A stretch of DNA of 64,000 nt, taken from assembly GCA_973895155.1 (NCBI GenBank), contig OZ316896.1, positions 14,790,684-14,854,683 on the forward strand, in the 5' to 3' direction. Of the stretch, positions 47,201 through 57,029 are shown in pieces; position 1 is the stretch's first letter, and every line of letters starts with the position of its first letter. The notes below the pieces were generated by a model that saw only the letters and a program-made list of their open reading frames with translations, did no database searches and had not been told where the DNA came from. The DNA is from Marsupella aquatica. Its lineage: Eukaryota > Plantae > Marchantiophyta. The position numbers were made by a program, and so were the translations under genes.

Positions 47201-50200
47201 AGTTCCTCTAGCCTGCACCATTGAACTGACGACTATCATGACTTGAAGTAAAATAACCGTGAATATGGGTGATATATCAGCAATGAACAGATAATGAAAT
47301 TCGTCATTTTCCGCAGCTCCATCGACATTCCCAATGTAAATTCAAAAGTAGAAACGACCAAACACATACTCGTTCACATATAGCTTAGAGTTTTGCCAGC
47401 AGCATACGAAGCTCGTCAAGAGAAAAGAAACATCCACCCCAAAAAACTAGTGGCAACTGTATTCTAGGTACATGTATCTTCACAAGTTGTCCTTTAGGGA
47501 CAGAAACATATGTAATGTCAGAGAGGAAATTATGAACAGGATAAGTCAACAGAGTTAGGCCAGTTCGGTCTAGATGGTGAGTCACCACGATATGCTGCAG
47601 GATTATGAGAGCAATTGTACTGTTTAGAAAGATGCCCAAGCTTCCATCCTGCTAATAAGGCCACTTGATCAGGTACTATGTGACTCAAATTGAGAGAAAG
47701 GATGCTATCGCCCACGAGTCTTGAATCACGAGAGGGCATAATGCAGCAAGTCACTGCCTTTCCCCACAGAAAGATTTGCACAAATGGCCCTTATGTTCAA
47801 AGCACTACAGACAAAGGCCGATGCTCCAAATATGTAGAAATGAGACAATGAAGCAAATCAGCAGCAACACGTGGGATGTATCCTTAGCAACACTACCGTA
47901 GTGTTCCTACCGAGTTTTCAGGTGTTCACCTGGAAAGACTTGACAAAGCCTTGACAAATTTCAAGATTCATATGTTGGATTGCCCCTCACTACACTGCAA
48001 TCAGTGCTCCTCAGTGCAGCGGTCGGAGCAGTCCTCTGATTCATTTGCGCTTATCACACCTGCCGGTGTGCCGCGTAATACCCTTTCTCGCGGAATACCA
48101 CGTTGCCCAAACTAACTGGGTCAACGCTCGGCCTAAAGCGCATATACAGATCCATCAGTTTCGCTAAAGGTCCTAGTATGACGTCTCTGGCACAGACCAA
48201 AATATCAGTTTCATTTCTATTCGAGAAATGCAAGGCCCTAAGGCTATTAGAAAATGAGTAAATGCCCGCGTTTTATGAATGTCGTCGTCTTTGGGGCAGA
48301 GGCTCTTTGCCTAGGAAGACAGACATGTGAGATGAACAACTTGGGAAAAACATCTAACCTGGAAATAATGTAGTAAGGTTTTTGACGTTTCCATCGACGA
48401 GTTTTATTGCTGAGTTAATGGAAAAGTTCGTCCCCAAATAGTTGGCTGAAAACCTTACTGTAACTATGGGAGGTCGTTGTCTGTGCAGAGAGGAAGTGGC
48501 AAGAATGGTTTTAATGTTTTTCAATTCGTAACTAGTGGCGAGGGAACAACAAGGTGCGATAGACTATTTGGAGGTCCTTGAAGTGAGGTAAAAGAAGGTG
48601 GAATCACGGAAGCTCGAGCAAAAAATACAAACAAACAACACGAGAATCTCCCCAAGGGAGGTACTAAAGATTCGCTACGCAACAGAACGGACAGGGATTG
48701 CTGGATCCTCAACAAGGGTGCAGAGCTCAGCGAGATGATCTCTGACCAAGTGTCCCATCAAAGGTATTCCGGGACTCTGGACAGACTGGAGCCAGCTCAC
48801 TGCTGTACAAGTGAGCGAGAGCAAAGGAGTTTTAGATTCTTCTATTTGGAATTGCTGAGTACTTAAGAGTCTGAGCAAGGTTTCGGTGCAGCAACGCTCC
48901 ATAATCTACGTTTTCCTCCTAATCTTGGCAAGTACTTGTGCGGGTGATCCGATCGAAACGTTGTGGACTGTGCTTGAAAATTCAACGAAAGTTGTAGGGA
49001 AGAGAGACTTGATTCCTGACAGCTTTCTCACAAGCCTGCTCAAACAGCTTGTACATAGTGCTCATGGTGATTGACAACGCGTACCGCCCAGTGACTACTT
49101 GCAATACAATAGTATACTAATCCAGAAACGAAGCATCAAACCACACTTCGTCCTCCCGATGACGATGCTGCACTTTTGAGAAACATGAGACACAACGTAA
49201 GAGTAACAGGCATTAAGTCCGCACCTAATATTGAAGGCTTCTTTAAGTTGGCCTTTATTGTCAATTGGAATAACCTGAAAGAATCAGCCGAGACAGAACA
49301 TAAAATAAGAGAACAAAAACTCGTTTCGAGGATCAGCATAATGGCTGTTCGATTGGCTAGTTTGTCAGTACCGGAAGAATAGAATAAGAAGGGCCCCCTA
49401 CCTTGAACAAGCCATCGTATAGATGAAGACCTATGAGACGGCAGTCTGGATCCACAATGCCGATCTTTTGAAGCAAAATAAAAGAGCGTTAGGCGTCAAA
49501 AAGTGCCTGCTCTAGGTCAAAACACATGACTTGGAAAACAAATGTAATAAATGAAGCAACAAATCTTAGCCAACGTTTGACGAGATCGGATTATGTGCTG
49601 TAGACTAGTGGCACACAGCAAACACTTGCATTGCAATGAAGGCCAAATAAGCTAAACCCTCACAAAAGTAGAAAACCGCAAAGAGGGGATACATAGCAGC
49701 ACCTGTCCATTGTCAGTAGGACGTCCAATTCGATCAGACACATCACCCATTGCTCTGCAACAAAGGTGAAGCCATCAGATGGACTTCTTAGAAACACAAA
49801 GAGGGCAACCTTCAATTGTCCCCCATGCCATGGGGGACGTGAATGGCTGCCACAAAATGGGGTAAGTGAGGATGAAGTATAGCACTGACTATCGACTAAT
49901 CAATGCACCACCTGGGCAGCATTAAAGGGCAAGAAAGCACAGAGATTACCTAGTGACGAGTTCACCAGCATCCGCGTCCCACTGAAGAACGCAGAACTTG
50001 TATCGCTCTGTCGATATGAATAAAACATCTTGAGATTCCCCCTTCACCAGTGCATTAATGAATAAATTAGCAAAACTCAAAAACTAATAGGCACAGCTGA
50101 GGTGAGTAGAATAAGAAATAAGCACATGCGATAGCCAATAGTACTTGAGAACACCCGAATCACCTACCCCAGGACGGAAGAGTTCGAGTGTAGCTATACG

Positions 50201-51523
50201 CCCATATATAGGGACATCCAACATAGGCTGCAAGCAGAACAGAAATACACAGTTCAGATCCACAAACATCGCAGTTACAAAAAACTGAATGTGCCATAGC
50301 AGAGAGACAAGAACTACACCAAAACTACAATAAAACCTTCAGACCCTGTGCATTAAAAGTGGCTGAACTCGACATCTGACAGACACTGAGAACGCTCTGA
50401 GTCCGTCACTAGCACAGGGGCCTCAGAGTCGACACTAAAACATGAAGAAATATGGTCACCTGGAGGCCTTGTGGGGTGAGCAGATGAATCTCAATCCGCG
50501 TGCATTTTCTAAATTCTCGGTTAAGAAAACCAGAACAAGAAATGCCTCATTCAAAACTTATTAATAAATCCTTGCACTCGTTGCAGGGTGACATATTAGA
50601 TGAAATCAATCATTTACTTTCAAAATTGAACGAAAGAGATAGCAGCAAAGGACAGAGCTCGCATGAATTCGTTTGAGCTGTAGAAAAGCTAAATTATGTC
50701 ATCGTCAAGAATCATGCGCGAGCTGAGGAACCCTAAAAAGCAGATCGTCTAGAGATGCCGCAGATGAGAAGTAACGGAAGCAGTTCAATATCGATAAGGC
50801 CACTTGGAAAGACACATTTGCCTGAGATTTCTAGCAAATGCAATCCCCATTCTGAACGCCATAGGGTTATGACATGTTACTCCATATACCAATCTTTTAG
50901 GGTTTTGGAGATTCATAGATAACAAATCCGTCTGTCGTAACCTTTCAACACGCAACTAGACAAAAGCTCAACTCATAAATTCGTAAACAACACCTCCTAA
51001 ATAACGAACGGAAACAGAGACAGGTCCGGCACCTAAAAGACCTAGGCGGACGACCCGAAGCTCAGAGTAGAAGAGTGCTTCAGCCTTCTAAGCTCGGAAT
51101 GTTTTTAGAACACTGCTTATGATTCGTAATTATAATAATTACAATAACAATCATGATGATGAGTGAGAGCTGGTCAAGTAGTCAGTAAGACTAACAGAGA
51201 CAGGAGCCAGTGTAGCCGACGTAAAAAATTACTTAAGGTCCGGATTGAGTATATCGCGTCGAAAGTAGAAAACCAACTCTGAAAGTCCACAATTCCACAG
51301 CAGAACACAAATATAGTTTGCAAACGTTTAGTTTCGACAAAAGTCGGCTGTTTGTTCTCGTCAAGAAAAATAACTGAAGAACGGGAGGAGAGGGGAGGCA
51401 GAATTGAGGAAAAGGATACGCAATAATCAAGTTGAGCTCGAGGGGGCCCGTGAAGTTCCCCACGCAAGAGTGGGTCACATTGGTAGGCTTGTGCGCCGTG
51501 ACGACATAGTTCCACCCACTCAT
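41285..51523 (-). CDS. DDB1: DNA damage-binding protein 1 (CUL4 adaptor), about 19 exons
   Basis: [25 protein letters not shown]..., [139 protein letters not shown], ending [13 protein letters not shown]. Confidence 0.98.
50509..51419 (-). other. DDB1: U12-type (minor spliceosome) GT-AG intron 1 of DDB1
   Basis: 5' splice site GC|GTATCCTTTT; branch site TTCTTAAC about 12 nt before the AG; no polypyrimidine tract (CGAGAATTTAG). Confidence 0.88.
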
Positions 51524-52087
51524 CGTCACCGACCCGACCTCCTCCCCTATCGGCAAGTCTAAACCACTCCTCCAGTTCGAATGAAGTGTCCGACCAAAAC
51601 CTCAACAGCAGTACTCCTGCCCCTCCCGCTGGCGATTCCTCCGCACCGACGACGACAGGAGCTCTCCCCCCAACATGTCTGCTGCAGCAGCTCCGGGGCT
51701 TCGAAAAATAAAATCCTTCCGTCAGCCTGGATTCTTTTCTTCGGTCGGACCGCAGCTGCTAGTAGTGTATTTGCTGAGCCTCTCGAGAAGCGAAGCGCTC
51801 GTCACCACTACTACTACGGGTGAAGGAATGCGTACAGGAATGTGAGTTGGCCTCGGAGACCGAGGAAAGGAAAATGGAGGGAGAGTTTAGGGCGTGGGAG
51901 GACCGACTCGACCGTGATCAATGGCCTGTTCGTTCCAGAGCCTGAACCCGGATTGCGTGTGAGACTGATGGCAGAGGACGGGGGGAGAGAGGGTCGCGAT
52001 ATGTGTAGGAACGAAATGCCGCTGATTGTTGTTCTTTCCTTCGCAGGAACTTTTAGGCGCGGTTTGCACGTACCTGTACCACTCTTG

Positions 52088-52212
52088 CGGTCTCGTGGCT
52101 TTCGAGAATCCTTGCTGCCCCCTAACCCCGGTTCCAGCCTGTCTAACTCGGTCTCGTGGCTTTCGAGAATCCTTGCTGCCCTTTAACCCCGGTTCCAGCC
52201 TGTCTAACTCGG
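52088..52212. repeat. 61-bp tandem duplication upstream of DDB1
   Basis: CGGTCTCGTGGCTTTCGAGAATCCTTGCTGCCC..TAACCCCGGTTCCAGCCTGTCTAACT x2, two mismatches. Confidence 0.95.
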
Positions 52213-52248
52213 GTTCAGGTGCTGAGACTAGAGTCGGTGCAGGTGAGA

Positions 52249-52632
52249 ATAGGGCGTCTCAACTGCTTAGATACGGTCACCAATATGCGGATGAGCATTT
52301 TTGTGTCCGCCACTTTTTTCCAGGGAAAGTTGCCCCTAATGCGGCCAGAGGTAAAGCCAAGAAGATTGACACCCGAATGTAGTGTACATGATACCTTATT
52401 GCCTGACAATCTTCCCATAGCAGTTAGGAGGTGGTATGTGGAGTTAATATCATGATGTGGAGTGTAGCCAAAAACCAATTTCTTCCCAACAAGCAGGAAA
52501 GTGAAGGAGGTGGAAGCCCTGAAAATCTTCCCATAGGATGGAGGCCTGGTGGAATAATTATTGTCAATTGTACTGTGGCCAAGAAACAATTTCTCCCAAA
52601 CAAACAGGAAAGTGAAGGACATGGAAGCCCTG
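52249..52632 (+). repeat. Second copy of the short dispersed repeat, followed by a diverged duplication of about 115 bp
   Basis: 52249-52372 is homologous to 18468-18610. AATCTTCCCATAG...CAATTTCT.CC.AACAA.CAGGAAAGTGAAGGA..TGGAAGCCCTG occurs twice at about 52408-52632. Confidence 0.75.
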
Positions 52633-52988
52633 CTAGACCATGAGGCTGGCCACTGGACCTCCTATGGGCGGAGGGGCATTGTTTTATGCTTGCCACTCAC
52701 CTCAAACAGAAATGGACTAAGTGATCTTGCGAGTAGGATAGAACGTCCTGGTTTCGCTTTTCTGTCACGTCAAGTCTGGGTTAGTTTATTATGTCCTTGC
52801 GTTGGTGGGGGTTGGCACTGCCAAGCACACAGGCTACTCATCAAGCACATAATGTGCATAATTTGTTCGAGGACCCCTTGGTTGTAAGCTTGTTTTATTG
52901 AATTGTTTGGAGTTATGAAGAGTTGCACATTGGAACAGATAGATGAGAGGACAAAGATACAATGGAAGATTCTATCACAAAAACATTG

Positions 52989-54697
52989 ACGTATCAACCA
53001 CGACTCATCCAAAGACTATTTTCTTTCACCCCTATTTTACCCTTTTGTAGTTTACTTGAAATGTTACCTTTCATACGATTTGGGTTTTGCCATTTTCTTC
53101 AAATTTTCTGTGCATTCGGTGATTTGGGTTTTTGTGACTTGGTTTGCATTGCTTTGGGCATTCTTGTGTATTTTGGCAAGCTCTGGTGGCCCTTTGTTTT
53201 TAAACGTGCTTTGGAAGTACTATGCATTTTGCATTCCAACATCTTTGGAAGTTGTTGCGTCTCAGTCTCCACCAATGGAAGGATCTTCACTCTATCAATC
53301 ATTTGCGGCCACATTGACACGTGCTCTTGCTTTGTTCTTACCACATCGACAACTTTGAGTTTGAGGAGGCACCCTGGAGTGACGCAATGGGCTCCTTCCA
53401 TTATCTTCCATTTCATTTCACATGCCTTGGTTGGGCCTTCTTGGCTTCCTTGTGCACTTTTGCTTGTCTTTGGCTGTGGTCTTCCATGTTTGCATTGAGA
53501 ATGTTGGCGCGTGGCAAATGCCCAGCTCTGTTATTTTTCCCCACGTACTTCCCCTTGCGATTGCCCCTGTGTTCACCCTCTTTCATCAGATCTTTCCCAT
53601 ATTCATGATGCACCTATGCACAATGCTTTAGCTACTCCTCCTCCCATCGATGTCATGCCTTATGTTCTCCTAGTCTATTGCCCACTCTATTATCACGGGC
53701 CAGTCAACCCAACCACAGTCCGGACAAGTATGCTGAGGACGAACCTCTTGGGAGTTAGCAAGGAAAGACTCCACTACAAGTGGAGAAGAAAGAGATGTGG
53801 ACAAAGAGGCCTGATGAGGAAGCTGGAGAGGTAGGGGATGGGACATGGTGTGAAGAGAGGGATGAAGACTGGCCCAAGTGATAATAGAGTGGGCAATAGA
53901 CTAGGAGAACATAGAATGTCACCAAACAGGCATAGTCCCAACCCCAGTCCCCTCCTGACCGTGTTGGCTATGCCCCTCCCTCTTTGGAGGCATTTGAGCA
54001 GGCTTGGTGTTGGGTTCGCACCATGGACCCCATTGCAGCCTCCCATCATGGGTACATTAGACATCATCTTTATAACCACATTCCTTATGCGTTGTGTCCA
54101 TTGGTTCGGTCCTCTTTGTTGCAAATCATGCAACTTACAATTGCGCATCCTTTGGAGGTCTCCATTTGGTCCTTGCTCGTGCCTTTTCCATAATGGACTC
54201 TTACCCTCCCTAGTCATGGTGGTCGTGTGGGTCACCGAGAGACTACTTCACGTATACATCATTTTTTGAGAGGAGATTGGGAGTAGTTTCAGGAAGAGTA
54301 CTTTCTCCAAGCCCACTCCTTTATTGCACATGCTTTGTCTAACCCTGTTCGCCACTCCACTCCATTCCACTCCTCAGCATAGGTACCTTCGTTGAGCTTA
54401 TTGTTCACTCCAGGCTGGAGAACATCATTGCGCTGTCTAGGCCCTTTCCCCCACCACGCCAGCTCCCCTTGGTGAGGCCACCTTGAGTGCCCTTCATGAT
54501 TTCCATCCACAGCCCTATGATCAACTTCCCTTATTTGTGGAGGATTTTGAGCCTAAAGAGGATCTTTAGTTTAGTAGTGAACATTTTACCTTTGCCTTAC
54601 TTCATGTTCCATGTTGTTCTGCTATGGACCCATTTGGCTATGTTTTTGAGTTTTTTTGTGATTTATTACCCCTTGAAGACCCTCAATCAGGTTTTTT
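52989..54697 (-). repeat. Unclassified dispersed repeat, copy 2 (inverted relative to 5096..6563)
   Basis: The reverse complement aligns with copy 1 over most of its length with substantial divergence and extra internal sequence. Confidence 0.85.
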
Positions 54698-54719
54698 AGT
54701 TTTCTTTTCATTTTGTCAG

Positions 54720-57015
54720 TGTATTGTAGTAGGGCACTTGCCTCCCCTGGTCTTTCACATTTTGAGCGCATTGTGATTACTAGCCATGGCTAAGTCATCC
54801 CCCAGAAGTTTGGCCCATTGCCATTGGAGAGATTTGTGTTCATCTTATGTCTCGCACACAGTGGTGAACCTAGCCACCCAACGCCCTCACCAATCTCAAC
54901 ACTCGTGCGTAAGTGTCCTTGGTGCCTAAACGCCTCCACAAAACTTCTTGAGCAAGCAAATTGATGCCCCTTGCACCCCCGATGGTCACTCCCATACAAA
55001 GTCGCACTTGCTTCCTAACACTATAACCGTTACTCAACAGCCCTGATTGTTTGCACAAGCAATCAAGCACTCAAGTAAGTAACCCAAGGGATCTAGGCAT
55101 TTCAAGACTAGCATCCTAACTCAAGCTCACAAACTTGGTAGTAGGTCAGCATATAGAACCTCCCCGACCCTTGTGGCCTTGCCATAAGCCAGAGCCAAAG
55201 CCGACACCCACTATTTGTCCAAAATAACCCCTCTTTGGGTCCACCCCGTACTACCCCACATTCCCATTTTCATTGGTTGACCACCCTACCCTGAGACATG
55301 CTCATGGCCTAAATAGCATAGCTTGTCCCAAGCTTGTCCTAAAACGTCGGGACTAGAATGACCACGACTCTAGTAGCCACCTTGTGGTTGTTACTCAAAC
55401 TGATAGCCTAGGGGACAAGTGCACTTGGAACTCAACCACCATGCCTACTTGGCCTTGCCTTCCCAACGTAAGCTCCTGTGGAAAACTGAACGTGACTTGG
55501 CTATTGTTTCGACAGTATTTAGGAAGCGAGCGAGATAACCCCAAAACCCAGCTAAGCTCAAGAGGATGTAGTCCTCCTTGAGAGATTTCCAACACACCCA
55601 AGAAATTCTCCAACGGATTTCCCATTGAGAAGTTATAGTCGTTTCTATTTGGCGTTTCCATTTGGCGTCTCCATTTGATGTCGCAACCACAGCCCACGAC
55701 TTGGGCTCGCCCTTGGCCTGGACCCCAACCCGCACGCATACGCACACAACTAATTTGCTATGTCTATAACTTTCTAGCTAGACATCCGTAGACGGAGTGC
55801 CTTAGCCCGTTGTGATCAAGCCGACCCGGTGCTCATGCCTAGGCCCTCAGAACCCGTTGTCACTTGGGTGTCCAGGGCAGCCACGTCATATCTGATGCGC
55901 CAAGCATCCGTTGCGCATGAAGTAAACTTTCTTAGTCTTGGGCCCAAGAGGAGCTCTCACTCAAGCCCTCAAAACTCAAAGTCTGTCTGGGGGTCCGGAC
56001 GGTCCCACTTGAGCCCAACCCTTTTCAATGACCCGACAGCCCCAAGCTAGTCTAAATCCTTAGTGTGTGTCACCAGCTTAGTGCCTTGCCTTTGCTAGTG
56101 CAATGCCTCATTGCCACTAATTCCCCATACTTAGTCCTCATTGGATGGCCGTTCCAGGGCTTGGACCATAGAGGAGCTCGGCGTCGCTGAAAGTGTTAAG
56201 GTAGTTGAGTTCCGTGACTTGCACCCCCCTTAAAAATGGTCACATCAGTCTGACCTAAGTAAACATTCCAACATGCCTCGGCCACTCTAGGTCTGAAAAA
56301 TATTGTAAGGTAACAAATGGTTCGCCCACAAGGCCGATGCGAACCAGGTTGGTGTGCGCATTCCAGGCTTAGAAAAATTCTAACCAGTCCCACTTATCCA
56401 AGTAGGACGCCAACCCTTGCGAGTAAGCCAACTCCTAACTTGTTGGACCCATTTTTCTCTCCTCGGAGTACCACCCTTTGGTTTGAACAAGCCTGTCCAC
56501 AATTAAAATACAAGCACCTTCAACTTCCACTCGCAAAAAGCAAATTGACCGTCCAACAACCTCTAACGCCCACACAATCTGACTTTACCCTTAAGAGGCC
56601 GAGAGGAGTGAACTAGGATACAACTCACAAAGGTAGCCACAACTATCTATACCAGGTCATAATGGCGGTAAGTCGCTTTGCTTACAATAACTGTCAAGGA
56701 TCTTTGGGGTATTATGCAAATTTTCTTCCGGTTCCCAAGTACTTTTGGGTTGGTCATAGCCAGCCCCCTTTACCAAGTACTCCAAGATCTGTCCTCCAAG
56801 TTGACGTTTGTAATGGCGGTCTAGAATTGCCTCCACCTCAAACTCCTTAGCGTCCTCCACCAGAATGGCGTCCAGACGCAAGACTTGATCCCGATTGGGA
56901 TCAATATCTTTGACAAATTTCTTGAGCCGGCTAACATGGTAGATTTTTCCTATGCCAATTTCCTTGGTCTCTCCACTAAGGTTGCCTCTATTCTCACCAC
57001 CCTTTTGGACCAATT
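54720..57015 (-). mobile_element. Chromovirus-type Ty3 remnant: integrase tail, chromodomain, PPT and probable 3' LTR
   Basis: ORF 56657..57013: IYHVSRLKKF (integrase tail), then EFEVEAILD...EYLVK(G)AGY...STWEPEENL (chromodomain). Minus-strand PPT TTTTAAGGGGGG near 56224-56235 is followed by an LTR-like start (A)AGTCACGG. The far end of the LTR is uncertain. Confidence 0.75.
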
Positions 57016-57029
57016 GATGGCCCTCAGTT

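Noticed and set aside
5096-54697. One giant (about 50 kb) transposon using the inverted repeats as TIRs
   Set aside because: No TSD at the outer ends, the copies are strongly diverged and differ in length, there is no transposase, and the enclosed genes are ordinary housekeeping genes.
52962-54699. Long ORFs in the dispersed repeat as real genes (also 5690-6332)
   Set aside because: They overlap on both strands, contain no recognisable domain, and the frames are not preserved end-to-end between the two copies.
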